This document shows, piece after piece, positions 12,311 to 22,506 of a DNA stretch of 32,000 nt; the stretch's first letter is position 1, and each line of letters begins with the position of its first letter. Origin of the DNA: Mycolicibacterium smegmatis (GTDB taxonomy: Bacteria > Actinomycetota > Actinomycetes > Mycobacteriales > Mycobacteriaceae). Position numbers and translations under genes: made by a program. The stretch is taken from contig NZ_LN831039.1 of NCBI RefSeq assembly GCF_001457595.1, forward strand, positions 6,570,001 through 6,602,000. Direction: 5' to 3'. Under the pieces are notes generated by a model, which was not told where the DNA came from, did not search any database, and saw nothing but the letters and a program-made list of their open reading frames with translations.

Positions 12311-12514
12311 CGGTGTTCAACGTACCCACTTCCGGGGCGGCAGACACCCGGTGATCGAAATGTCCTCGCAGCAACGCGATTCACGGCCACAACCAGGTTT
12401 GCCCAGAAATCAGCGGTTGAATAAGAGGCGATGGCGGGTTAGGTTTTCCCCGGTCTGATCTTGTCGCTGGGAAACACTTTCCGGCGGTCCGCAACGCTTC
12501 GACGAGGGATATCT

Positions 12515-12973
12515 GTGGCTGAGTCCGCACCGAATGATGGTGAAGCACCGGTAATCGTTGGTCTGTCCGATGCGGCGATGCACATGTACACCGCCGCGAT
12601 CGACGCGCTTCCGCCCGTCGGCGACGCGGAGTTCCCCGAACGCGCCGCGGTGGTGCTGAGCGGTCTGCGCAAACTTCAGGGGTCGCTCGCCGAGGCAGCG
12701 AGCCGCAGCCGCGCCACGCCGTCGGTGATCGTCGCGCTCAGCGGCGTCCGCACGCGGTACGACGAACTGATGACGACGGCGGCCGAGGGCCCCGGTGCGA
12801 CGCTGGGTCAGCGCCTCTATGTCGCGCGTCTGCGCGCCAAGCTCACCACCGCGGAGGCCGCCAACGGTATCGGCGTGCGCAAGGACCTCATCGAGGCCGT
12901 CGAGGCCGAGGAGCCCGCGACCGAGGCCGAGACCGCACAGATCAAGGATCTGATCGCCGCACTCGGCGGCTAG
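12515..12973 (+). CDS. Hypothetical protein with possible helix-turn-helix segment
   Basis: Likely GTG start at 12515 (MAESAPNDGEAPVIVGLS...). Contains LGQRLYVARLRAKLTTAEAANGIGVRKDLIEAVEAEEP, which is XRE-like. Confidence 0.65.
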   Translation: MAESAPNDGEAPVIVGLSDAAMHMYTAAIDALPPVGDAEFPERAAVVLSGLRKLQGSLAEAASRSRATPSVIVALSGVRTRYDELMTTAAEGPGATLGQRLYVARLRAKLTTAEAANGIGVRKDLIEAVEAEEPATEAETAQIKDLIAALGG

Positions 12974-13093
12974 GCAGGCCGTTCGCGACGCCGGTTTGCC
13001 GTCGCCGCACCGGATTCTCCGCGGGCTAAACACACGGCGTCCGGCGTCTGAAGAGCCGCCCCGGGGACACGCGGTCGACGGTATGGTTCGCGC

Positions 13094-13894
13094 GTGGCTG
13101 TTCGCGATCACGGAGACCCCGGGGATGCCCCCTCCGTCCCCCCGCCGTTGACACCGGTTGCCGACGTCATACGTCCGTCCGCGGCCGAGGAGGCCCGCAC
13201 GATCGCCGCGTCGACCAATGTCGGCACGCTGGCGACGCTGACCACCGAAGGCGATCCGTGGGCGTCGTTCGTGACGTACGGACTGCTCGGCGGCGCGCCC
13301 GTGCTGTGCGTGTCCGACATGGCCGAGCACGGACGCAATCTCGCGCACGACCCGCGCGCCAGCATCGCGATCGTCGCGCCGTCCGCCGAGTCCGATCCGC
13401 TCGCCAGCGCCCGCGTGACGCTCGCCGGGGTCGCCGAACGGCCCGAAGGCGACGAGCTCGCGGCCGCGCGCGCCGCGCATCTCGACGCGGTCGCGGCCGC
13501 CAAGTACTACATCGACTACAGCGACTTCTCGGTGTGGGTGCTGCGTGTGCAACGCGTGCGCTGGGTGGGCGGGTACGGCCGCATGGACTCCACAACCGGC
13601 GAGGCGTACGCGGCCGCCGAGGCCGACCCGGTGACACCGCGCGCGGCCGGGGCCATCGCGCACCTCAACGCCGACCACGCCGACTCGCTGCTGGCGATGG
13701 CGCGCAACCTCGGCGGCTACCCCGACACCGGTGAGGCCGTGTGTACGGGAGCCGACCGCTACGGCCTGGATCTGCGCGTGACAACCGAGCGTGGTGTGGC
13801 GTACACCAGGGTCGGCTATGCCGCCCCGATCAGCTCGTTCGACCAACTGCGCGCGGCAACAGTCGAATTGGCGCAGCGCGCAAAACAAAGCTGA
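13094..13894 (+). CDS. HugZ-like / pyridoxamine 5'-phosphate oxidase-related protein with C-terminal DUF2470-type domain
   Basis: ARTIAASTNVGTLATLTTEGDPWASFVTYGLLGGAPVLCVSDMAEHGRNLAHDPRASI, then IAHLNADHADSLLAMARNLGG. Confidence 0.85.
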   Translation: MAVRDHGDPGDAPSVPPPLTPVADVIRPSAAEEARTIAASTNVGTLATLTTEGDPWASFVTYGLLGGAPVLCVSDMAEHGRNLAHDPRASIAIVAPSAESDPLASARVTLAGVAERPEGDELAAARAAHLDAVAAAKYYIDYSDFSVWVLRVQRVRWVGGYGRMDSTTGEAYAAAEADPVTPRAAGAIAHLNADHADSLLAMARNLGGYPDTGEAVCTGADRYGLDLRVTTERGVAYTRVGYAAPISSFDQLRAATVELAQRAKQS

Positions 13895-13938
13895 GTGCAG
13901 GCGCGATACCCGCAGGCCGGTGCAATACGATCGCGGGT

Positions 13939-14517
13939 ATGCCTGCTGCCATCGAGCGCCCGGACACCTGGCAAGCCGCCTTCGACCTGATCCGTACCCG
14001 CGGCTACGAGCACCGCGAAGAGCCCTTCCGGCTCGCCAGCGGGCAGCTCAGCCACGACTACATCGACGGCAAGTACGCCATCGACACCGGTGAGCGCATG
14101 AGGATCGTCAGTGAGGCCGTCGCCGACCTGGCGAAGGCCATGGGCATCGAGTACGACGCCGTCGGCGGTTTGACGATGGGCGCCGACCCGCTGGCCCACG
14201 GCGTCGCGATGGTCACGGGCAAGGCCTGGTTCTCGGTGCGCAAGGAGCAGAAGAGCCGCGGTCGTGAGCAGTGGATCGAGGGCACCCGCCTCGAGCCGGG
14301 CACGCGGGTGCTGCTGGTCGACGACGTGATCAGCACCGGCGGCTCCACCGAGATCGCGTACGACCGGGTCACCGCGGCAGGCGCCGTGGTCAGCGGTGTC
14401 ATCCCGATGGTCGACCGCGGCGACATCGCCGCGGGCCGGTTCGCCAAACGCGGCGTGCCGTTCGCCGCGCTGGTCACCTACCGCGATCTGGGCATCGAAC
14501 CCGTCAAGGACGTCTAG
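13939..14517 (+). CDS. Orotate phosphoribosyltransferase-like protein
   Basis: MPAAIERPDTWQAAFDLIRTRGYEHREEPFRLASGQLSHDYIDGKYAI... with the PRPP-binding motif VLLVDDVISTGGST. The longer ORF from 13741 overlaps the upstream gene. Confidence 0.88.
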   Translation: MPAAIERPDTWQAAFDLIRTRGYEHREEPFRLASGQLSHDYIDGKYAIDTGERMRIVSEAVADLAKAMGIEYDAVGGLTMGADPLAHGVAMVTGKAWFSVRKEQKSRGREQWIEGTRLEPGTRVLLVDDVISTGGSTEIAYDRVTAAGAVVSGVIPMVDRGDIAAGRFAKRGVPFAALVTYRDLGIEPVKDV

Positions 14518-14521
14518 GGAT

Positions 14522-15586
14522 TCACACCACGAGCACCGGTGCGGGTTCGAGCCCGACGCTCACGGTCTGACCGGCCTCGAAGGCACGTGCCTGCGAGCTG
14601 GGCAGCTGCGCATGGATGACCGGTCCGTCGGGCAGGTTCACGTACACCCGCGAGATCGGGCCGAGGAACGCCACCGAGGCCACCGTCGCGTTGCCGTCCG
14701 GATCATCCTGCACCGTAACGGATTCCGGCCGCACCATCGCGGTGCCGGCACCCGAGCCGACCGAACCGGCCAGCGTCGGGACCGTGGCGCCGAGCACCCG
14801 GGCCTTCCCGTCGGTCACCTCCGCCGGGATCTTGTTGTGCAGGCCGACGAACTCAGCGACGAACGGGGTCGCCGGGTTGGCGTACAACTCTGCGGGTGCG
14901 GCGAGCTGCTCGAGCTTGCCCTGGCTCATCACGCCGACGCGGTCGGCGACGGCGAGCGCCTCCTCCTGGTCGTGCGTGACGAACAGCGTCGTCGTACCGA
15001 CTTCGAGCTGCACACGCCGGATCTCGTCGCGCAACTGCGCGCGGACCTTGGCGTCGAGCGCCGAGAGCGGCTCGTCGAGCAGCAGCACCCGGGGCGCGAT
15101 CGCGAGCGCGCGGGCCAGTGCGACGCGCTGCTGCTGCCCACCGGACAGCTCGTTGGCGTACTTGTTCTTGTGCGCACCCAGACCCACCAGGTCGAGCATG
15201 TCGGCGGCCGTGGAAAGCCTGTCCCGCTTGGACTTACCGCGCATCTTCAATCCGAACGCGACGTTGTCCAGCACCGTCAGGTGCGGGAACAGGCTGTAGG
15301 CCTGGAACACCATGCCCATGTCGCGCTTGTTGGCGGGCACCGAGCTGACATCGCGGCCGTCGACCAGCACCGTCCCCGAGGTCGCCTCGTCGAGCCCGGC
15401 CAGGATCCGCAGTGCTGTGGTCTTGCCGCACCCGGACGGCCCGAGCAGCGCCACCAGTTCACCCGGCTCCATGCGCAGGCTCAGTCCGTCCAGCGCCTTG
15501 ACACTGCCGTAGCTGCGCGTGAGGTCGACCAGTTCGACGGCCACCCCACTCGTGGCCCCGGCGGCACCGGTCCCCGGAGTACTCAC
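14522..15586 (-). CDS. ABC importer ATP-binding protein (PotA/FbpC-like)
   Basis: Walker A GPSGCGKTT, ELSGGQQQRVALARAL, LLLDEPLSALD, plus a TOBE-like C-terminus. Confidence 0.93.
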   Translation of the reverse strand: MSTPGTGAAGATSGVAVELVDLTRSYGSVKALDGLSLRMEPGELVALLGPSGCGKTTALRILAGLDEATSGTVLVDGRDVSSVPANKRDMGMVFQAYSLFPHLTVLDNVAFGLKMRGKSKRDRLSTAADMLDLVGLGAHKNKYANELSGGQQQRVALARALAIAPRVLLLDEPLSALDAKVRAQLRDEIRRVQLEVGTTTLFVTHDQEEALAVADRVGVMSQGKLEQLAAPAELYANPATPFVAEFVGLHNKIPAEVTDGKARVLGATVPTLAGSVGSGAGTAMVRPESVTVQDDPDGNATVASVAFLGPISRVYVNLPDGPVIHAQLPSSQARAFEAGQTVSVGLEPAPVLVV

Positions 15587-16413
15587 CCCTGATCTCCTAA
15601 CGTCCTACGACGGCCGCGCGTGAGAACCGCGAGTGCCAGCAACAACACGAAGCCCAACAGCAGCACCGCAAGCGACGCGGCCACCGAGGTGGGGCCGTCG
15701 CTCTTGCCGATCAGCACGATCTGCACCTGCAGGGTCTCGAAGCCGCTCAGTGACGCGATGGTGTACTCGCCGAGTACCACCGCGATGGATATGAAGGCCG
15801 CGGAGAGGATTCCGGACCAGATGTTGGGCACGATGACGCGCGTGATCGTGGTGAACCAGCCCGCCCCCAGCGAGCGTGCCGCCTCCGAAAGCGTCTGCAG
15901 GTCGATCGCGGCCAGTGCCGAGTCGATCGCGCGGTAGGCGAACGGCAGCACCAGCACCACGTAGACGAACGTCAGCGTCAGTGCCGACTCGCCCAGGAAG
16001 TAGGTCACCCACAGGTAGACATTGCGCAGGCCGACGACGATCACCAGGGCCGGGATCGTCAGCGGCAGCAGGCACAGGAACTCCACGATCCGGCGAGCCC
16101 ACCTCGCGCGCAACCGCACCCAGATCATCGTGGGCACCAACAGGACCAGCATCGCCACCACCGTGAACACCGCGAGCAGAAGCGAGATCACGATGGCGCG
16201 GTACAGCGCCTCGTCGGCCACCAGGTTGCCCCACGCGGCCAGGGTGCGCCCGCCCGAGATCAGGTTGCGCGTCGAGAAGTCGGCCATCGCGTACAGCGGG
16301 AACAGGAAGAACAAACCGAAGAGCACCCACAGCGTCGCGCGCACCGCGCGCCGCAGGGCACGGTTGCTCCCGGTGCTCGTCCCCGTGGTCGTCGAAGTGC
16401 TCATCGCAGCCAC
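15583..16413 (-). CDS. ABC importer permease (PotC-like)
   Basis: 276-aa multi-TM ORF with the EAA-like motif EAARSLGAGWFTTITRVIVPNI. Confidence 0.9.
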   Translation of the reverse strand: MAAMSTSTTTGTSTGSNRALRRAVRATLWVLFGLFFLFPLYAMADFSTRNLISGGRTLAAWGNLVADEALYRAIVISLLLAVFTVVAMLVLLVPTMIWVRLRARWARRIVEFLCLLPLTIPALVIVVGLRNVYLWVTYFLGESALTLTFVYVVLVLPFAYRAIDSALAAIDLQTLSEAARSLGAGWFTTITRVIVPNIWSGILSAAFISIAVVLGEYTIASLSGFETLQVQIVLIGKSDGPTSVAASLAVLLLGFVLLLALAVLTRGRRRTLGDQG

Positions 16414-17261
16414 CTCGCGGTGCGACGCATCATCGCGTTGTAGGCGAACATCACGACCGCGACCACCACGATCATCTCCAGCGCCAGGGCGTAGGCGAAC
16501 CCGGACTGTCCCATCACCACCTCACTGGTGAGCGCGGCCCGGATCAGCAGCGGCACGATCGGGCTGCCCTGACTGACCAGGGCAGCCGCGGTGGCGTAGG
16601 CGGCAAATGCGTTGGCGAACAACAACAACGCCGAGCCGAGGAACGCGGGCATCAGCAGCGGCACCGCGACCTCGCGCAGGTACTGCCACGTCGAGGCGCC
16701 GAGATTCACCGCGGCCTCGCGCCACTGCTGGCGCAATCCCTCGAGCGCCGGGATGAACACGATCACCATGAGCGGGATCTGGAAGTACGTGTACACCAGG
16801 ATCAGCCCGGCCAGGCCATAGAGCCAGCCCGAACCCGCGAGGTCCCAGCCGAACAGTTGCCGCACCCACAACGTCAGCACGCCGTTGAGCCCGATGGTCG
16901 CGAGGAACGCGAACGCCAGTGCCACACCGCCGAACTGGGCCAGCACGCTGCACAGCGCCAGCACCGCGCGGCGCAGCATCGACGCCGGTGGGCTGCTGAC
17001 GATCAGCCAGGCGAGCGCCGCGCCCAGCACCGCACCGAGCAGTGCGGTACTGGCCGAGAGGATCACGCTCTTTCCCAGCGCCGTCAGCGCCGACCCGGTG
17101 AACAGCGCGAAGATGCGTTCCAGCGAGAAGGATCCGTCGGCGAAGAACGCCATCACGATCACCGTGACCGTCGGCACGATCAGGAACACCGTCACCACCG
17201 CCACGAAGGGCAGAAGCGGCAACGCGTCCCTGATCTGCCGACCCAGGGTGCGGCCCGACAT
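16401..17261 (-). CDS. ABC importer permease (PotB-like)
   Basis: 286-aa multi-TM ORF with EAAVNLGASTWQYLREVAVPLLMPAFLG. Confidence 0.9.
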   Translation of the reverse strand: MSGRTLGRQIRDALPLLPFVAVVTVFLIVPTVTVIVMAFFADGSFSLERIFALFTGSALTALGKSVILSASTALLGAVLGAALAWLIVSSPPASMLRRAVLALCSVLAQFGGVALAFAFLATIGLNGVLTLWVRQLFGWDLAGSGWLYGLAGLILVYTYFQIPLMVIVFIPALEGLRQQWREAAVNLGASTWQYLREVAVPLLMPAFLGSALLLFANAFAAYATAAALVSQGSPIVPLLIRAALTSEVVMGQSGFAYALALEMIVVVAVVMFAYNAMMRRTARWLR

Positions 17262-17269
17262 AGGTGGTG

Positions 17270-18421
17270 TCAGCCGATCGCCTTGGCCCAGTTGTCGGCC
17301 AGATACTTTGTGGCGGCCTCGGTCTGCTCCGGGGTCGGGTTGGTCACCGGGCCGTGGACCACCGGCAGGTCGGCGAACGCGGCTTTGTCCTCGGTACCCG
17401 CGGCGATCATCGCGTCGGCGCGCACGGGGCGGACACCGCCTGCGGCATACAGGTTCTGGCCCTCATCGCTGAACAGGAACTCCTGCCACAGCCGTGCGGC
17501 CGCCGGATGCGGGGCGCCGGAGTTGATCGCCTGGTAGTAGTAGCCCGCGACAGGCGCGTTCTCGGGCACCAGGACCTGCCAGCTGGGGACCTTCTTGCTC
17601 TCGGTGGCGTTGAGGTAGTTCCAGTCGATCACCACGGGCGTCTGCCCCGACTCGATGGTCGCAGGCGTCGGGTCGACCGGCAGGAAGTTGCCCGCCTGCT
17701 TGAGCTTCGAGAAGAACTCGACGCCGGGGGCGATGTCATCGGCCGAACCGCCCTGCGCGACCGCCACCATCAGCACACCCGAGAATCCGGCGCCGGCCTG
17801 CGTGGGATCGCCGTTGAGCGCGACCTTGCCCTGGTACTCCGGCTTGAGCAGATCTTCGACGCTGGTGACCGGCGGCACCTTGGAGGTGTCGAAGCCGATC
17901 GACATGAAACCGCCGTAGTCGTTGACCCACTTGCCGTCGGCGTCCTTGTACTCCGCCGGGATGTCGTCGAACGTCGCGACCTTGTACGGAGCGAACATCG
18001 ACGTGTTCGCCAGTGCCACCGACTGTCCGAGGTCGAACACGTCGGGCGCACTGCTCTTGCCCTTCTGCTGGTTTGCCGCGTTGATCTCGTCCTGGCTCGA
18101 CGCGTCGGGCTGGGCCGAGTTCACCTTGATGCCGTATTTGTCCTCGAACGCGCTGATGAGCGCGCCGTAGTTCGCCCAATCCGGTGGCAGCGCAATCACG
18201 TTGAGCTCGCCCTCGGCCTTGGCCGCCTCGACCAGCTTGTCCATCCCGCCGAAGTCCTCGGCCGAGGTCGCCTCGGACACCTTGACGCCGCTCTCGGTGT
18301 CACCGCCGCTGGATTCCTTCTCGGGCGGTGCGCAGGCCGCCAGGCCCACGGCGACCAGAGCCGATGCCGCGACGGCGGCGGCTCTGGGCAGGATCCGATG
18401 TGCGGTCGGGAGAATGATCAT
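17270..18421 (-). CDS. ABC importer substrate-binding lipoprotein
   Basis: Probable start at 18421. Lipobox-type leader ...AVAASALVAVGLAACAPPEKESSGG, then an extracellular solute-binding fold sequence (DVFDLGQSVALANTSMFAPYKVATFDDIP...). Confidence 0.9.
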   Translation of the reverse strand: MIILPTAHRILPRAAAVAASALVAVGLAACAPPEKESSGGDTESGVKVSEATSAEDFGGMDKLVEAAKAEGELNVIALPPDWANYGALISAFEDKYGIKVNSAQPDASSQDEINAANQQKGKSSAPDVFDLGQSVALANTSMFAPYKVATFDDIPAEYKDADGKWVNDYGGFMSIGFDTSKVPPVTSVEDLLKPEYQGKVALNGDPTQAGAGFSGVLMVAVAQGGSADDIAPGVEFFSKLKQAGNFLPVDPTPATIESGQTPVVIDWNYLNATESKKVPSWQVLVPENAPVAGYYYQAINSGAPHPAAARLWQEFLFSDEGQNLYAAGGVRPVRADAMIAAGTEDKAAFADLPVVHGPVTNPTPEQTEAATKYLADNWAKAIG

Positions 18422-18650
18422 GGACAGAACCTTCCGATGGTCAGGAGGCGTCGCGGTGGCGCCCCGGTTACCGAAGCTCATCGCCAACCGGTCACCTGGG
18501 TGAACAAGTCCGCGGCAGGACCGCGTCGTTCTGCACAGGCGCATCGCACACTATCGTGACCTCGCCAAACTCGCTGCCGGTTCGCACCCAATCCCGCCGA
18601 TGCGGACCTTGTCGAGCATTTCCCCAGGTCGTCCCGCTAACATCGACAAG

Positions 18651-19605
<955 letters not shown>

Positions 19606-19609
19606 GCCG

Positions 19610-20215
19610 TCACGGCAGGACGCGCAGCCCGTACAGGTAGGTGGTCAGGTACACCTCCAGCACGGGGGCACGCGCATCCCTGGCTTCGGGGATCGTGATG
19701 AGAAGTGCGTAGAGACCGACCACGAACGACACGCCGACGTGCATCACGTCGACATCCGCCGGTATCTCGCCGCGTTGCTGCGCGCGCTGGAGTTCGGAGA
19801 TGATGACCGTGAGTGCCGGGTATCTGGTCCACTCCTGCGAGGGCGGCCTGGTGGTGGAGAAGTGCAGCGCCAGAAAGTCTTTGAACAGTCTGCGACCCAG
19901 CCGACGCTCGAGCTTCTCCAGCAGTCGGACGGTCTCGGCGAGCGTGTCGCGCACGCTGTGCGGGCGGGTGTACAGCCGCGTGAGTTCGGTGACCATGCGT
20001 TCCTGCTCGCGGGCCTCCAACTCGATCAGAACGTGTTCCTTGGTGGGGAAATGAAAGAAGAAGGTGCCGTGGGCAACTCCCGCGGCCGCCACGATGGCCG
20101 CGGTGTCGGCCGCCGCGATGCCGTTGCGCTTGAACTCCGCGAGCGCCGCGCCGAGCAGGCGCTCCCGCGTCTGCATGCCCTTCCTCCACCGGCCGGTGCG
20201 TTCCTGCCTCAGCAC
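19610..20215 (-). CDS. TetR family transcriptional regulator
   Basis: RERLLGAALAEFKRNGIAAADTAAIVAAAGVAHGTFFFHFPTKEHVLIELEAREQ; sequence MLRQERTGRWRKGMQTRERLLG... Confidence 0.92.
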   Translation of the reverse strand: MLRQERTGRWRKGMQTRERLLGAALAEFKRNGIAAADTAAIVAAAGVAHGTFFFHFPTKEHVLIELEAREQERMVTELTRLYTRPHSVRDTLAETVRLLEKLERRLGRRLFKDFLALHFSTTRPPSQEWTRYPALTVIISELQRAQQRGEIPADVDVMHVGVSFVVGLYALLITIPEARDARAPVLEVYLTTYLYGLRVLP

Positions 20216-20228
20216 ACGTCACCTCTTC

Positions 20229-20244
20229 ACTGACTTCACTCAGT
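20229..20244. promoter_or_regulatory. Candidate TetR operator palindrome
   Basis: ACTGACTTCACTCAGT (arms ACTGA/TCAGT), 14 nt upstream of the divergent TetR start. Confidence 0.35.
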
Positions 20245-20411
20245 TTCACGCTTCCGTTTGCCTTGCGCGCACGCTACCGTGCAGAGCGGAGAACACAGGC
20301 AGTAATCGGAAACTCGCAGGCAAACATCGGTCGTCCGGACAGTGCGTCATCCACTTCCGCACTCTCTGGGCTGACCTGAGTCACTTGAACCGTACGATGT
20401 CGGAGGTATCG

Positions 20412-21164
20412 GTGCAGATCCTCGAACAGGCCCAGGACCTGCCCACGGCGGGGAACATCAAAGCGCAGTGGGTCAGCCTGTGGACCGGGCCCGCAGTCGG
20501 ACTGGTGCTGCTGGCGGCGTTCGTGGCGTTCCCCGGCTTCCGGCCCCCGATGCCCCCGGACCTTCCGGCCGATCAGGTCGCGGCGTTCTACGCCGAGAAC
20601 ACCGCGTGGATGCGGTTCTCCCAGGTCACGTTCAACCTGTGCGGAATCCTGGTGCTGCCGTTCTTCATGGTGATCGCCGTGCAGATGAAGCGCATGGCCA
20701 ACCAGACCCACATCTTCGCCTACTGCTACCTGACCGCGGTGGTCAGCGGCGCCACCACATTCGCGTTGTCCAACATCCTGTTCCTGGTCGCGGCGTTCCG
20801 CCCCGGGCGCAACCCCGAACTGGTCATGCTGCTCAACGACCTGGCCTGGATCGTGTTCATCGCGCCCATCGGCATGGTGGTCAGCCAGTTCGTGATGCTC
20901 GCGCTCGCGGTCTACTTCGACACCAAAGGACACGGCGAACCGATCCTGCCGCGATGGGTGGGCCACTTCTCGCTGGCCACCGCGGTCGTCATGATCCCCG
21001 CCGCGGGCGCCGCGGTGTTCCACAGCGGACCGCTGGCATGGGACGGGTTCCTGTCGTTCTGGATGCGCAACGGCGCGTTCGCGGTCTTCGTGGTCGTGAT
21101 GTTCTTCGTGCTGCGCCGCGCGGTGATCCGCCAGGCCGTCGCCGAGGGTGTGGTGGCCGGATGA
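20412..21164 (+). CDS. Hypothetical multi-pass membrane protein (paralogue 1)
   Basis: GTG at 20412 preceded by GGAGG (alternative ATG at 20397). Hydrophobic segments TGPAVGLVLLAAFVAF, FNLCGILVLPFFMVIAVQM, ATTFALSNILFLVAAF and others. Confidence 0.82.
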   Translation: MQILEQAQDLPTAGNIKAQWVSLWTGPAVGLVLLAAFVAFPGFRPPMPPDLPADQVAAFYAENTAWMRFSQVTFNLCGILVLPFFMVIAVQMKRMANQTHIFAYCYLTAVVSGATTFALSNILFLVAAFRPGRNPELVMLLNDLAWIVFIAPIGMVVSQFVMLALAVYFDTKGHGEPILPRWVGHFSLATAVVMIPAAGAAVFHSGPLAWDGFLSFWMRNGAFAVFVVVMFFVLRRAVIRQAVAEGVVAG

Positions 21165-21910
21165 GCACACTGACCCCGGAGCATCCCGTCGGCGCAGAGG
21201 TCAAACCCCGTCGCGGCAAGCCCGACGTGGTGTTGATGACGTGGTTCTTCCCGGCCTGGTACGCCGTCTTCGGCGTGATCATCTGCCTGATGGCGCGTGT
21301 CACGCCGCCGCCGCGCCCGGACGTCACCGACGCGGACAAGGTCGCGTTCTTCGTCGAGAACGGCACGACCATCCGGATCGGCTTCTGTCTGCTGCTGATC
21401 CTGCTGGGCGGGGCGGCGCTCACCAACGGCCTGGTGGCCTACCACGTGAAACGGATGTCGGTCGGTTCGGTGTTCGCGTACGCCTACATCGGCGGCATGG
21501 GCGTGGGTGCGCTGCCGGGCTTCCTGCTGGTCGCGGTGTGTTTCCTGACCGCGACGTTCCGCGCCGATCGCAACCCCGAACAGGTCAGCCTGCTCTACGA
21601 CCTCGGCATGCTGTCCTACAACGGATCGCTGGGCTGTTTCTCGGCCGCCTATCTGGTGCTGGCCCTCGCGATCCTCTATGACCGCAACGAGATCTTCCCC
21701 AAATGGTTTGCCTACGTCTCCATCTGGCAGATCATCACCGAGGTCATCGCGACCCAGATGTTCCTGTTCCAGGCCGGTCCCTTCGCGTGGAACGGCTCAC
21801 TGGCGTTCTGGTGGGCGGTGGTGGTGTTCTGCGTGTGGCTGACCGCGTTGATCGTGATTCTCAAGCAGGCCGCCGAGCGCCAGGCGCTCGACGAGCCGGC
21901 ACTGGACTGA
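21161..21910 (+). CDS. Hypothetical multi-pass membrane protein (paralogue 2)
   Basis: MSTLTPEHPVGAEVKPRRGKPDVVLMTWFFPAWYAVFG.... Start overlaps the upstream stop (ATGA). Layout and motifs parallel the upstream gene (FRPGRNPELVMLL / FRADRNPEQVSLL; SGPLAWDGFLSFW / AGPFAWNGSLAFW). Confidence 0.85.
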   Translation: MSTLTPEHPVGAEVKPRRGKPDVVLMTWFFPAWYAVFGVIICLMARVTPPPRPDVTDADKVAFFVENGTTIRIGFCLLLILLGGAALTNGLVAYHVKRMSVGSVFAYAYIGGMGVGALPGFLLVAVCFLTATFRADRNPEQVSLLYDLGMLSYNGSLGCFSAAYLVLALAILYDRNEIFPKWFAYVSIWQIITEVIATQMFLFQAGPFAWNGSLAFWWAVVVFCVWLTALIVILKQAAERQALDEPALD

Positions 21911-21929
21911 CTGCGACAGAGGATGTTTC

Positions 21930-22505
21930 GTGACGCGAACCGACGAAATCACCGCGACTGCGGGCCGCGGGCATCTGCCCGGCGACGGCCACATGTGGGT
22001 CATGGTGCTGGGCGATCTGGTGATCTTCGCCGGATACTTCGTCATCTTCATGATCTACCGGACCATGAATCCCGACGAGTTCCTGCGGGCCCAACAACAT
22101 CTCGCGATCAACATCGGGGTGCTCAACACCGTGATCCTGCTGAGCAGTTCGTGGTTCGTCGCGCGCGCGGTCCTGGCGACCCGCGCGGCCCGGTACGAGA
22201 CGGCCATCCGATTGGTTCGCGCCGGCGGCGCGCTCGGTGTGGCCTTCATGGTGATCAAGAGTTACGAGTGGTTCGTCAAGATCCGTGCCGGACACACCAA
22301 TTCCGAGATGTTCTTCTCGTTCTACTACGTGATCACCGGTGTGCACCTGGTCCACGTGCTCATCGGGTTGATCGTGCTGGGTGTGCTGGTCCGCGAACTG
22401 CGCACCCGTCGCAGGCCGTCGATGGTGGAATCCGGCGCCGTGTACTGGCACATGGTGGACCTGCTGTGGATCGTGATCTTCGGCCTGCTCTACGTGATGA
22501 GGTGA
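21930..22505 (+). CDS. Cytochrome c oxidase subunit III / NorE-like protein
   Basis: MWVMVLGDLVIFAGYFVIFMIY..., MFFSFYYVITGVHLVHVLIGLIVLG, VYWHMVDLLWIVIFGLLYVMR. Confidence 0.88.
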   Translation: MTRTDEITATAGRGHLPGDGHMWVMVLGDLVIFAGYFVIFMIYRTMNPDEFLRAQQHLAINIGVLNTVILLSSSWFVARAVLATRAARYETAIRLVRAGGALGVAFMVIKSYEWFVKIRAGHTNSEMFFSFYYVITGVHLVHVLIGLIVLGVLVRELRTRRRPSMVESGAVYWHMVDLLWIVIFGLLYVMR

Positions 22506-22506
22506 C

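Noticed and set aside
12410-13888. 492-aa minus-strand ORF opposite two plus-strand genes
   Set aside because: Spans antisense of two genes with recognisable products, including the intergenic region; no family motifs of its own.
17264-18559. 431-aa plus-strand ORF antisense to the solute-binding lipoprotein
   Set aside because: The minus-strand gene has a lipobox and operon context; this is the antisense shadow.
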